Part shown: positions 12,670 through 24,915 of the stretch, one piece after another
How positions within the stretch are numbered: position 1 is the first letter of the stretch
Layout of the letters: each line of letters begins with the position of its first letter
NCBI GenBank assembly: GCA_964252035.1
Contig: OZ176202.1
Strand: one strand, 5' to 3'
DNA length: 64,000 nt
Source: Podarcis erhardii
Lineage: Eukaryota
Notes under the pieces: generated by a model
What the model saw: only the letters and a program-made list of their open reading frames with translations
Told to the model about the DNA's origin: nothing
Database searches by the model: none
Program-made: the position numbers and the translations under genes

Positions 12670-12982
12670 AGAGCTTCTACACATAACAATGGAGCTCACT
12701 ACCACAGGAGGCAGTGAGAGCAACCAATGGGGATGGATTTACAAAAGGACTGGGCAAATTATTGGAGAACAAGGCTGATGGCTGCTAGTTGCAATGGCTT
12801 TGCTCCACCTCCACAGTTGGCAGCAGTAATGCTTCTGAAAATACCTATTGCTGGGGAGTGTGCTCTTGTGCTTGGGTCCTGCTTGTGGATTTCCCACAAG
12901 CTTCTGGTTGGCCACTGTGAGAACAGGATGGTGGGCTTGATGAGTCATTGGCCTGATCTAGTAGGATGGTCTTATGTTCTTG
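12670..12982 (+). mobile_element. CR1-clade LINE 3' fragment with ORF2 terminus
   Basis: Translates SLPQEAVRATNGDGFTKGLGKLLENKADGC* (CR1: SLPQEVVMATNLDGFKRGLDKFMEDKAINGY*), followed by a 3'UTR ending gtcttatgttctt. Confidence 0.85.
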
Positions 12983-13954
12983 TGTTACCACTGAGCTGCG
13001 TACCAACTCCATGTAGATCTTTCTCACCTTCCTGACAAAATCTGTTGCTGATTCCAAAAGCCTGGCCCCATTCTAATGACTTTGCTACAGATTAAGGGTT
13101 CTGTGAATTACAACTGAAAGCTTCCCAATGGAAATTGGCAAGGCAGTGCAAGACTTTTCCACTCAAATGCCTGTAAAGCTTACTCAAGCCCTCTAATAAT
13201 TTTTTTGGTCTTCTTACCTGTCGAAACATTTTTGAAAACACCTTTGAGACCCAAGAACAAGTACACATGCCAGAAAAACATGCTCCAACTTTTCTTGACC
13301 CCTCTCTCTTTCTCTTGCTCCCCCTAATCCCACTAGAAAAATTCCTTTTCTATTCCATGCATTATTCTAGTTACATAAGCAGAAATGCCCAAGAATGACC
13401 AGCAGTTGAGAATTTTGCTCTCTTGAGCACATGTAATCCAATATGAGCTATGAAAGGCTGATTCATGGATCTTTTTAGGTATCAGCAAGTTTTCTTTTAA
13501 ATATTTCACTACAAGTTCCTTTTGCCAGTGACTATCATTATTACACATGAAATCCAAAAGAAAATAACCTACATTGGAGAGAGGAGGAAAAAATTCTGCC
13601 CCAAGGAAAAGAGAAAAGCTGATTTTAACTAAACGTCTCATCAAAGATGCCATTACATTTCACAGAAAGCAATTAGCCTTTGTTTGTAAGCAGTCTGAGA
13701 GAGTAAATTGATCACATTTTTATAATAGCCACATAATCAATGTAGCAGATCAAGTCTCTGTTTCATTAGCACGCAAGAACGTTTTTGAAACACCCCTGCC
13801 CTACAGAAACTTTCATGGGATCTCTTTGAGTGCAGTGTCTGCTTCTGGGGAAAGACTTTTTATATGACTTTATATGATCAGACATCCATTATGATCTAAA
13901 AATGATTGTGGACTAGCACCATCCCTAAGGTTGCCAGGATAGAACCAGTAGATC

Positions 13955-14075
13955 AATCTTCTTCAACCTGGTGCTCTCCACATCTATAGGACTACTGCAC
14001 CCTTAAGCTGCAGCCAGAATGGCCAATCAGCAATTATTATGGGAGCTGCAGTTCAAAACATCTAGAGGGCACCCA
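13955..14075. mobile_element. Short palindromic squamate MITE, degraded
   Basis: caacctggtgctctccacatct...ggactac...atgggagctgcagttcaaaacatctagagggcaccca. Confidence 0.6.
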
Positions 14076-14390
14076 GGCTGCTTAGATTGATTATGTACCT
14101 TTACATGACCTGGCTCATTAGGAATTGGCAACATGGTTTAATCCACCCATTTGCCTTTTGGGGTTGTCCCTTTCCAGCTTGTTATGTTGCATGCCTCTAT
14201 TCCTGCTTGTCACAGCATGTGAAGATAGTCAGTGAAGGACCAGGAGAGGAATAGAAGGGAGAAACCACTCAGCTCAGTGTCCCATTACACTGGGTGGTGG
14301 TATCAGATTAAAGAGAAAGTGCACATGTTGCCACTTAGTGGCCATAGCCAGTTCTGTCTTGAACTAGATGTACATTTGTATACTTTACGC

Positions 14391-14645
14391 CAGTGGTGGC
14401 TAACTGCGATTACTCACAGAGACTGCAATTACTCACAAAGACTGGCAGTGATCTACCCCCTTTTGGGGGGTTCAGGTCAAAGTTGTTGAGCTTTTTTTAG
14501 GGGTGCAGGGCAAACATGTTGAGTTTTTTTTAGGGGAGCCAATCTTGTTGAGCTTCTTTGGGGGGAGCCAGTGATCTGCCAGTGATTTACCACAGACGTC
14601 CAGTGATCTACTGGTGGATCGTGATCTACCTGTTGGACATGCCTG
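14391..14645. mobile_element. hAT non-autonomous element (255 bp)
   Basis: CAG...CTG termini with imperfect 14-bp TIRs. 8-bp TSD ctttacgc/ctttacac (7/8). Subterminal GTGATCTAC repeats and three internal gttgag(c)ttttt..gggg units. Confidence 0.8.
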
Positions 14646-16829
14646 CTTTACACTTTTGATACAATATTCAAAACTCATTGTTTTGACATGGCACATTTCC
14701 CCCCTGAAAAAGACAGTGTGAATACTCATATTTAAGGAATCCTCTTTTTATTCCATTGGAGGCCATTATCTTCCCCAGGTGTAGTGTCTATGGCACCTTT
14801 TTTCTTCTTCTTGGCTGCTATTTCCTTCCTCCTGCATTTGTCACTTGATGATTCCACCCAATCAGGGATCATCAAGAGAGTTGGATGATTGCATGCTGAT
14901 AAGTTTTCACTCAGTAGGTCTGGGGCATCATTGTGGGCACCTAGGGAGAATTTTCAACAAATATGTGGGCATTTTTACAAGAAGTATCTTCACTGGGTAT
15001 TTTCATTGGGATGATGGCACTCATAAATTGAGGACTTCTTAAAAACACCGCAAAAAGGTTTGCAAAAACCCAAGTGTTGTTTCACCTCAGCCCTCATGCG
15101 AAAATCATTTGTTAATAGTTTGAGTATGTGATCATGATTGTTGGATCCCCATGCCTTTCTGAAAAGCTTCTTGCAGCCCCTCTCAGTCTTATTTATATTC
15201 TGCTCTTGTACATGCTTTGTTTAAAGGCACTACATAATTTAGTATATGTAAGAAAACACTGCACTCTGCTTGATATAGATAGAAATCTGATGGGAGAGCT
15301 TTTTGCATGGATGCGGAGTTGGCAGGGAGTGTCTGAAAATCAGATGGTACTCTCTGCTATTCATTTTCTCCCACCTCATCGTAAGTATGCTCTTTTCCTC
15401 GTGACCTCTGAAAAACTGGTGTTACTGTATGATCGCAAGTATGCAGCTCTCTCTAAAAATAAAACACTTCACATTGTTCAGCAATGGCTGCACACAGACA
15501 TCAAGTGTCTATAGTGATAGGGAGGACAAAATTTCAATGCAGAGTATTCAAGTACAGAAATGGTTTCTATGATTGACGAGAAGAGAAAGGGCTGATTAAA
15601 TTTTCCTGATAGCCTCTGAGGAAAGAATGGAAACCTGGAGTTTGTGTATATGAGTTTATCACCGAAAGCTTCTGTTCAGTCTGTGGTTGCTCTATTACAG
15701 TTGAAAATCTCTCCTCTTTTGGATTTGAAAGATTGTGTGTGTGATTGGGGAGAGGGGGAGGAGAAAAAACTCTTTCTGACTCTGTAAGTACGAAGCCATA
15801 AAATGCAAAGAAGGATGATGGGGTGGGGAATGCCATATCATCTGTGTACAAACTAAGGTAATAGAAGGACGAGGAAAAAATTTGTGAAAAGTACAATTAA
15901 GCTACAACTTGTATTATAACAAAACAAAGTGAGTCAAAAAGGACAAGGAAGCATTCTTGGAAGCCAAATGAACTATCCCAAACTAGGTTATCAACGTATG
16001 ATTTAAGCTCTTCTGCTGGGCCAGCTCTACCATTTGGCAAACTATACTATTGCCTCAAGTAGCAGATACTCAGAGGATTGCAGCAGCAACCTTTCTCCCA
16101 GCCATTCCTCCTCAGTCAGAACATTCCCATTCAATGGAGATCAAAGCTATGTCTGCCACAAAGCCTGTTCTCGCCTCCTGAGCTTCATTCATATCGGGGC
16201 AGGGGCAGATGCTGACCTTTTCCCAGTGTTGAAGTAAGATTTAATTCCCTGACCAGTCAGTTTCTGTACATGGAACTGGTGTGGGGGAGGTTCAGTGTTG
16301 TTCTTTGCTTCAGACAGCAAAATGTCTAGGGCCAGTCAGGCTTGTCTCTTATTCCCCTACTTTAATGAAAAGGACTAGACATCAGGGCACTACAGCACAA
16401 TGGGCCACTCATGGAGAACCAAGGCCCTTCTTCCTTTGCAGTTTCGTGCAGTTTCTTCTACAGTTTCTTCTTCTTGTAGTTTCTTCTGCATAGTACCTCT
16501 CCTGCTGTAAGTGGTTTGTGCACTGGGATGCTGGAGAGAAATGAGGCTCTGGCTAATTCAAGGTGAGGTGTGAGATGTCCTTGTATTTCTGTTGCATTGT
16601 AATATTGCGATTCTAGTGCCATGGCAAAAAGAAGCGAGCGCTAATGCAGGCCAGCTCTTTTGCACTTTGCTCTCGCTGTATGATTGGAATGTAACTTGTT
16701 GCAATATTTTGAGGGAGAAATAAAGCACCAAGCAGTTTTTTAAAAAGTGGGGGAACCCACCTACTCAATATTTTAAAAATAGAGGCAAGCAAGCATTAAG
16801 AATCATAGAGTTGGAGAGTTGGACTCACC

Positions 16830-17399
16830 GGGAATGGCTTTGACTGACCAGCTAAATCATGTGAGGGTAGCTGATGGTTCTCAAACCCTCAGTGTGTTAG
16901 GAACTTCCCTTTCGTGCAAAGATTGGTTCCAGCAGATTGAGCAGACAATACCAACAGCAGGTTCAATGGTCAAGAAGGAAATTTCTTCATGTGCTATAGA
17001 GGGAAGTGAGGGGCAGATGGGGCTCATCAACCTGGGAAGGTAGCCTGTCTAGAAGGAAAACTATGATCCTAATCCTCTACTGCCTTGGGGGTATCTTCTG
17101 GAGAAGAAAAGGCTAAGGAATAAACCCTACACAAATTTGTAGTGGAGTCCCTAAGACGGTTGAATGGTACCTTGCACACCTCCTTCCGGCAACTCCTGCA
17201 GCCAAGCTGGTGCCAAACATATTGCTCTGCTTTCCTTTGGACCACATCAGTGAGGCTGAGAGGCAGCCCAGAATCTCCATACACCCTGCCTGGGCTTGTG
17301 TCCTGAGCTGGTCACTTTGGTGCTGCTAACACAGCGGTTTGACTTCACCTTCATAGGCATTTGCCATTGTCTTTCGAAGCAGACGGATGCCAACAACAA
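16830..17399 (+). mobile_element. RTE-clade-related non-autonomous LINE/SINE
   Basis: Ends ccattgtctttcgaagcagacggatgc(caa)3, an RTE-type 3' terminus with a CAA tail. The body resembles a common lacertid repeat (aaaccctacacaaat...ccttccggcaactcctgcagccaagctggtgcc). Confidence 0.55.
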
Positions 17400-18664
17400 G
17401 GGCAGGGCATTGCATTTTGAGTACTGTGGATAGGAACCAAGTTTTGCTTCTATTCAGAAGTGGCACATGCAAACATTGCTGTCCAGGAGTCCTTTGGGGA
17501 GGGCAGGGTGTGGTGGTATGGCTGAACCCGGCTGATGAGAGACCCTTCTGAGCCCCTGTGACTATCAGCCAATGCCTTAGCAGGATGACAATTGGCCTCA
17601 GGCCTGGATATATCTATCAGTTCCCAGGACACCCTAGTTTTAATGAGTTTTTAAAATGCTGATTAAAACTCAGGTTACAAAGGATGGAAGTGTGCATAAA
17701 GTATAATATTCTCTTGTATCCTGTGTCAATTCTTGTCTGCGACTTGTGTTCAGTTTTATAACTGAAAGGTCACAACTTTTTATTGATTTTCAATTCCCGC
17801 AGCATCCTAGTTTTTGTTTTGAAAAAGAGACAATCTGCTGATCATATTCACTCATATAAATAGCTACATTTTGTTTGGAAATTATCATTTGGAAAGTTCC
17901 AGCTTATTAGCTTCCTTACCTCATTCCTTCTGTTCAGTTTCCTTTGGTTTAGAAGGAAACAGGTCGTTTCTTAAGTTTACTGATAAGGGAATTCTCTATA
18001 GTCAATTAATAGGGTTTGTGTAGCAGACTTGAACCTGATCATTAAAAGAGTGAAATACACAGAATAACCTTGGTTTACAGGCCTCTGTGGGCAATTTATA
18101 AAACTTTTTAAGACATAAAGAAAAATGCTCTAATGGTGTATTCTTTTGTTCTTTACAAACCAAATAGTTGTTTCTCTTTAATTTCATGGCTTTTATAGTC
18201 ATAAGGGATAGAGAGACCTTGAGTTGGTGATTCCCATAATGTATTTAAGTCTCTATAACTAGTTGACTTTTATGTTTTAAAAATCATTCCTTGATTTGCA
18301 GTGCAGTAATTTGCTGCTAAGGAGAAAACAAAACTGTCTCAACTCATCAGAGATCCAAAACACTTTGTACAGAGAAGTACTCAGATTAAGCTAGCTCAGG
18401 GGTGGCTAACCTTTTGTGACCTGAGCACCATGTTGATGTTTTGTCAACCTTTTAAGGCAAGTGAGGAGAACCTTTGGCCTTCCAGGTACTGTTGAACCTC
18501 ACCTCCCATCTGCCCCAGCAAGCAGGACCAATGGCAAAGAATTATGGGAATTGTGGCTCAGCAACACCTGGAGGGCCAAAGAGAGCTACAAAAATATGAG
18601 CATGCTCCATTGTATGCTTATTCCATTTTTATTCCACCATTCCTCCAAACAAAGGAAGGTAACA

Positions 18665-18790
18665 TACATAGTTTTCACCCCCTTTTATGCTTACAAAATA
18701 GGCCAAGATAGGTAGGATAGGTTGAGAAGTTGTGACCAGCCTAAGGTCACTCAGTAAGCTTTGGGGCCAAGCTGGATTTGTTTCAAAGTT
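18665..18790 (-). mobile_element. Degraded CORE/MIR-like SINE fragment
   Basis: gtaggataggttgagaagttgtgaccagcctaaggtcactcagtaagctt, a CORE-domain-like segment. Confidence 0.5.
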
Positions 18791-19443
18791 CAATATTCTA
18801 TAAACAATACTAAATAAAACCATTAGCCACACTGCTTCTCACATAAAAAAGCGGACATGCTCTTCTGAGGCTGTGTAGTAATAATGGCTTCAGAGAACTC
18901 AAAGGCAGTATGATGGAGTCAAATTATTGCCGTTAGTGAATATATTATCTATATTCCAGGTAATGATGGAGTCAACTTTGCTTGGGATAAAGAGATTAAT
19001 TTTCTGTCCAGCTGTGGTTTCTTGTTAAACTAATTTTTACAGGGTATACACGGTGCTTCAGTGTGTTGCACCTGCAATAAATCCCCCTTTTCTCTGCCAA
19101 CCATTAAATGTTCAGGAGCCCTATCCCTCTTGCCTCTGGTTGCCTGAGGCAGTGCCTCTCTATCACATCCAGTTTTAAATGGTGAGTAAGTTGGGTTAAT
19201 GATCTCTCATGCAGTGTGAGCGCCGGTACATGCCATAGCAGATTGAAGCATAGAAAAACTAATTATCTGAGCACTATGCTTGGAGGTTTCCACATAACTG
19301 TTCTTCAGGCAGAAAATAAGAAGCTGAAACAGGTATAAATACAATTAAACAGGCTGTGTACCCGTTGAGAGGGTTCAGCCTGGGTTCAGTGCAATGGAAG
19401 GAAGTTCAGAAGCTATCGGAATTATTGGCTCATTAAGGAAAAA

Positions 19444-19605
19444 CATTTGTAAGGAGAGGAGCCCTGCTGAATCAAACCAAGAATCCATCTTGTCAAGCAG
19501 TTTGCTTCCAACCGTGGCCAAGCAGATGCCCTCAAAAGCAGGGAAGGAAAGTAGCAGCCTCTCCCACCCTCCCTGGTTGCCCCTGGCACCTGGCTTTCAG
19601 ATCTT
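19444..19605 (-). mobile_element. CR1-clade 3'UTR fragment
   Basis: The reverse complement contains gggcatctgcttggccacggttgg...ttgattcagcagggctcctctccttac, the same family as the copies at 12243 and 12670. Confidence 0.65.
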
Positions 19606-20989
19606 GGTTTGGGCACTTCGTGCAGTTTGGTTTTAAGTATGGCAACTGAGTGCGTTATTATTATTATTTCATAAAATTTGCATACCACACTTCAGCCGAA
19701 GATCACAGTGCAGCTATGCAAAAAGGTAAGACAAAATACATAATAAAACAAAAACAAAGCAATAGACCCCCTCCCACAAACACATTTAAAATGGTGTGTG
19801 TGTGCTGTGTCTTGTGCATGATTATGTGGGGCAGGGCTTACCTGGGTCTCCCAATATTTCATTCAAGTTCTGGACACCCCGGCCCAGAGCAGTATGTAAC
19901 CCTCAGGGTGAAAAGGGTTTCTGAGCCCTAATTTAAAACTAACTTTAATAATATGCTGATCTTACTAATTATAAACAACTTTTTTTCTTTCTCCGACATG
20001 TACAAGCTACTGGCAAGTATAAATTTGTGATTGCTGACTACTCTATCTTTGGCAAAGCTATTGTAGAGCTTCCATTCTGGATCTGATGCCTTTCAGCACT
20101 TCCAGGCGTCAAAGAACATCTATTATCACCCCCCGTGGTGGAAATGTGAGTTTATCGTTTTTTTACAAATCTAAGCCTGGATCAGTTTCCCTTTTCTTCT
20201 TCCCTTGAGCTGATGCTACTGAAATGTTACTGGCACTAGTTACTCAAAAATAAAAGTTGATTGTAAGGTGTAATGAAATCAATGGAATTTATAAATAAAT
20301 TGGAGGAGGATAGGACCAAAATTTAGTACATTGATCTCTAGTGTACTGAAGCTTTGATATAAGATATTTCTATGAAGCTGGAGTATCAACAAATGGGATA
20401 AAGCATGTCTTCCTTGGTAGAAAGAATAGAGCTGTTTTGTCTTTATAATATATTTGTAAAAGAAAAAAGGCTTCAAAAATTCCCCTGTCATGTTTCTGAG
20501 CACAGCAAGAGCCTCTAAACCAGAGCTTCGAACATACTGATGACACTAAGAAGAATTCTATATTCCCAATTATTAAATGTACCCACAACTCTGTACAGCA
20601 TAATAATAACACCCCATACAACACTGTCCATGCCTGTATCTAAAGATACAACATAGGAGTGGTCCAGATCTGTACTTCTTTTAGCTAATGTGTGCTTTGG
20701 AAGTTAGATATCCACCTGATTTCACAGTCTCAAAGTCATCCAGCACAGTTCTTGGTCCAAAAAACCAAAAACCTTACCAAAAAAAGTATTACAAACAGTA
20801 TTCAAAAGTGTTACAAACAACTTTCCCTATATGACAGGTGCTTTCAGCCTCAGGGCTGTGGCCAGAGGCAAGAGTGAGCAGAGCAATGAATGTGAATTTT
20901 ACCTTTGTACAGTAGGCTAGTTCCTACATACACCCACACATGCCTCTGTGACTGCTACCCAGACTAGCAAGATGCATTATCAAGGACAC

Positions 20990-21118
20990 ATCCCAGCTGG
21001 CCAGTGGGGGATGTAGCCTGGGGAAAAGGGGTGTGGCCTGTGGAGAGTTCCGAGGGTCAGCTAGTGAGAGGACTGGGGGGCTGCATTTGGCTCCTGGCCT
21101 GATGTTCCCCACCTCTAC
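20990..21118. mobile_element. hAT-type MITE right-end fragment
   Basis: gagggtcagctagtgagaggactgggggctgcatttggctcctggcctgatgttccccacctct. Confidence 0.5.
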
Positions 21119-21804
21119 TAAAGAATTTATTATTATTATTTGTATCCTGACTTATACCTATTGATCACAGGGTGGTTCACAACATTCTTAGGGTGGATCA
21201 CTTCCTGTCCTGAAAATACAAAATTAGCCTTCTCTGTACCATGCAATCTTTATTGTGTAGTATGCATGACATCAAAAGTATTCACCTTTTCCATATGCAA
21301 CCTGCATATTGAAGAGGAACAACTACGGTTACTACCGTCTTGCTGGCTCTCCTTCTGCACCTCTAACTGCAGCCTAATCCAGAGAAATTAAACAGGTGAA
21401 ATATTTCCCAGCAGTTTTAGCTCTGTGTCAGTAGGCTTAGAGCCTACTGGTTTTAGCAACCTTTGTGGAGATCTGTGCGATTCCTTCTTAGAGCTTCTTC
21501 CTGCCTGAATGGTTGCCTGCGGAAAATTACCAGCCACTAGGGTGTAAGGGCCAATCTCATCTTAGTACATTCAATGTTCTGTCTAAAATGATTGCATTAC
21601 AGACTCATTATGTCTGTTGTATTTCTGCTATTTGCAGTTTGTATGCAGTAGGAGAATATACAAATAGGAGAATATACACGCTAGCCTTTCATTGAAAAAG
21701 AGAGATGTTTCTCATTCTGACAGTCAACATAATTAAAATTATGTTTGTACTATAACACAAAACTGAACACACACACACACACTAATTATAAAACTATAAT
21801 TATA

Positions 21805-22158
21805 GGTAAAGGTAAAGGGACCCCTGACCATTAGGTTTAGTCGTGACTGACTCTAGGGTTGCGGCGCTCATCTCGCTTTATTGGCAGAGGGAGCCGGCGT
21901 ACAGCTTCCGGGTCATGTGGCCAGCATGACTAAGCCGCTTCTGGCGAACCAGAGCAGCGCACGGAAACACCGTTTACCTTCCCGCCGGAGCGGTACCTAT
22001 TTATCTACTTGCACTTTGACGTGCTTTCAAACTGCTAGGTTGGCAGGAGCAGGAACCAAACAACAGGAGCTCACCCCATTGCGGGGATTCGAACCGCCGA
22101 CCTTCTGATCGGCAAGTCCTAGGCTCTGTGGTTTAACCCACAGCGCCACCCACGTCTC
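21805..22158 (-). mobile_element. Sauria SINE (Squam1-type), full length
   Basis: ggtaaaggtaaagggacccctgacc... tail through ...ggtttaacccacagcgccacccacgtc tRNA-like head. Near-identical to the copy at 23320. Confidence 0.95.
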
Positions 22159-22400
22159 TTAATTATGATTATATAATTATAATTAATATGTGTGTTTATG
22201 TGTTTGTGTGTTCAGTTTTGATGTTATAGAAGGTTTTTGATGCATCCATGATACATACAAACTTGCTTGGGGGAGGTGGGGAAAGTCCTGAAGCATTTTT
22301 CTTCTAGGGGAGTAAAAAATAGGGTGGTGGTGGTTTGTTTTTGCCATGTTAGAAGATTTTTGATGCATATGTTATAGCAATGTAGAGAACACACTGTCAG

Positions 22401-22510
22401 TATTTATTTATTTATGAATTTACTTGACAAATTCCTGCTACACCCTGGTTGGCAATGAGATGCACTCTTCATCCAAAACTAAGCAGGCTAGCCCCTGCCC
22501 TTACACCAGA
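22401..22510 (-). pseudogene. Degraded 5S rRNA-derived retro-fragment or 5S-type SINE remnant
   Basis: The reverse complement gcaggggctagcctgcttagttttggatgaagag aligns by eye (~70%) with 5S gcagggtcgggcctggttagtacttggatgggag. It is followed by an (AAAT)n tail. Confidence 0.45.
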
Positions 22511-23319
22511 GTGAAATGGTTCCACTGTTGAAAAGGCAGCAGTGTTGAAAAATGGCTTTTATAATGGAAATGCTGGCAGATCCAATAGAAGGGTAATCAG
22601 CTGAATATCAAAAATGATAAAGAAAGCATTGCAAAAATCCATTGATGTGGTATACATTAATGTATACATTATAGTCTAGGCAGTGTGTTCTTTCTAGGTG
22701 CCAAAGTCCCTTTTAGTGCATTAATGATGGCTACATTCAGAGGCTTAAATGCGAGCTACTTTTAAACATTCTGTCCAGAACTTTAGACTTGTTCACTGTG
22801 TATAGTCAATGTAGTGATAAAACACTTTTCATACTCTTATGAATGAAAATGAAAGTGCATGGCTACTTACAATAACCCAGTGCTAAGAACACTTACATGC
22901 TGACCTAGAGAAATGTGTGCTGAGATATGCATCCAGAGATCTCCTTCCCATATAGAGGTCTTTCATTCACTTCCATAGATGGAATGGTTGCCATCTGTAT
23001 TGGCTGAATTTTGTGCTGTGATATAATCAATGTACAGAAAAGACATGAACTGCATGCGCAGAAGTCCAAAAGAATGGTGGATAGCTGAACAGAATGCATA
23101 CAGTCTATAGGCAACCTACACAAGGTGATCTTTCTTAAAAAGCAAATTAGTTTATGTCTACTGAGTAAACATCTTAGCTACAGGGGGAACTCACAGAAAC
23201 TTAGATCCAGCACCTCTCAAGTGTGTGTCTTTGCCATTCTAAGAGAATGAGTGAGGTGTTCATGGTGAGTTCTGTCACCACTTTTTCTAGGAAAATACCA
23301 TTGGCTACAGTTAGATGTG

Positions 23320-23670
23320 GGGACGCGGGTGGCGCTGTGGGTTAAACCACAGAGCCTAGGACTTGCCGATCAGAAGGTTGGTGGTTTGAATCCCCGCGAC
23401 GGGGTGAGCTCCCATTGCTTGGTCCCTGCTCCTGCCAACCTAGCAGTTCGAAAGCACATCGAAGTGCAAGTAGATAAATAGGTACCGCTCTGGCAGGAAG
23501 GTAAACGGCGTTTCCGTGCGCTGCTCTGGTTTGCCAGAAGCGGCTTCGTCATGCTGGCCACATGACCCAGAAGCTGTACGCCGGCTCCCTTGGCCAATAA
23601 AGCGAGATGAGCGCCGCAACCCCAGAGTCAGCCACGACTGGACCTAATGGTCAGGGGTCCCTTTACCTTT
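23320..23670 (+). mobile_element. Sauria SINE, full length
   Basis: gggacgcgggtggcgctgtggg...ccctttaccttt. Perfect 14-bp TSD tacagttagatgtg at 23306-23319 and 23671-23684. Confidence 0.97.
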
Positions 23671-23696
23671 TACAGTTAGATGTGATCCGGCTAAGA

Positions 23697-23747
23697 AAGT
23701 CCATCTAGTCCACCAGCCTGTTGTCACAGTGACCAACATTTGGCATG
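23697..23747 (-). mobile_element. CR1 3'-end fragment
   Basis: Reverse complement: ...ttggtcactgtgacaacaggctggtggactagatggactt. Confidence 0.5.
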
Positions 23748-24699
23748 TGAGCACCACTTCTGCTATTTTCCCAAACCTTCTGATCATAGAGCCAGACACT
23801 CCCCCTGCCCCCGTCCGCTAATTTGTTGTATCCCTAACATACTTGCATTGATGTTTTCTGGTGGTATCTGTGGGATTACAGCTAAGCAGTTCAACTGTCT
23901 CAAAGTTGCTTCCAAACCTCAGGTGCCTTAACTAAGCTTCTCAGGAGGGAAATGAGTCCTGGATTATTTGTTTTATTTGCATTTAGCAACCCAATTATAT
24001 TTTTGCTTTACGTAAGCTGCTTTGGTTGCTTTAGAAAAGCAGCCTAGAAATATTTTAAATACTTAAAATAAGATCAAATCCTATGTACATCTCTACTCAG
24101 AAGAATGTCTCAATGAGTTTGATGGGACTTTCTCCTTTCCTCTGACCTCTGATGATCACTTTGGTGACAAGTTTTAGAAACATCAAGGCTGAAAACAAGC
24201 AAAGGTTTGCTTGAAGAAATTTTACTAATCTTTCTGAAATTCTGTTAGCCTCCGCCTTCTCAGTTCCTATAGCTGTTTTGCCTGACCTCGAAATCAAATA
24301 TCACGTGACCCTAAAGAGTGTTATATCAGAGTATAGAGAACAAGTGAATCTCTTTCTGTAAAGTAAGGCAAATCTTTGTTGTTGGAGACACCCAGAACAG
24401 ACTATAATAGTAATTACCATCTGTAGGTTTCTAGAAAAGCTCACTACAGTAATCCCTGATATTTTATTTAGGTGGTCACAGCTGCCAGCAGATTGATGAA
24501 TCTCTGTATCATCATCGTCATCGTCATATCCATTGTGCCTACATTATTTATTAGATTTCTTAGTCTCCAAGTGACTTACAACACATTAAGAAACATAAAT
24601 ACATTATACCATTTTTAAAATAATCCAAAACACCTGCAGCGATTTTGGAGCCCCCCCCCCATTTAAGCATGTGAGCCATGCTTAGGGGTACTCTCATTT

Positions 24700-24828
24700 T
24701 GATTGAAGAAAATACCATTTTATAGTTCAAATTGGGAAAAATAAAGGCAGTAAATGGACAAAAGTACAAAGATTCACAAAATGTTTAGGGGTATGCGAAC
24801 CCCTGCGTCTCTTCAGAAAAAAGTACTG
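24700..24828. mobile_element. Non-autonomous DNA-transposon terminal fragment
   Basis: ttcacaaaatgtttaggggtatgcgaacccctgcgtctcttcagaaaaaagtactg, an end resembling a lacertid MITE (reverse complement cagtacttttttctg). Confidence 0.5.
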
Positions 24829-24829
24829 C

Positions 24830-24858
24830 ATATATATATATATATGTATATATATATG

Positions 24859-24914
<56 letters not shown>
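24830..24914. repeat. Compound (TA)n microsatellite with TG interruptions
   Basis: About 85 bp of TA with four G substitutions. Confidence 0.97.

Positions 24915-24915
<1 letters not shown>

Noticed and set aside
13333-13653. 106-aa minus-strand ORF with a good acceptor near 13571
   Set aside because: No convincing donor and no recognisable homology. The alternative frame ends after 19 codons, so it is not distinguishable from a pseudo-exon.
24090-24180. Plus-strand exon-like segment (EECLNEFDGTFSF...)
   Set aside because: It overlaps a degraded copy of the short palindromic caatcctatg... repeat family and hits a stop.
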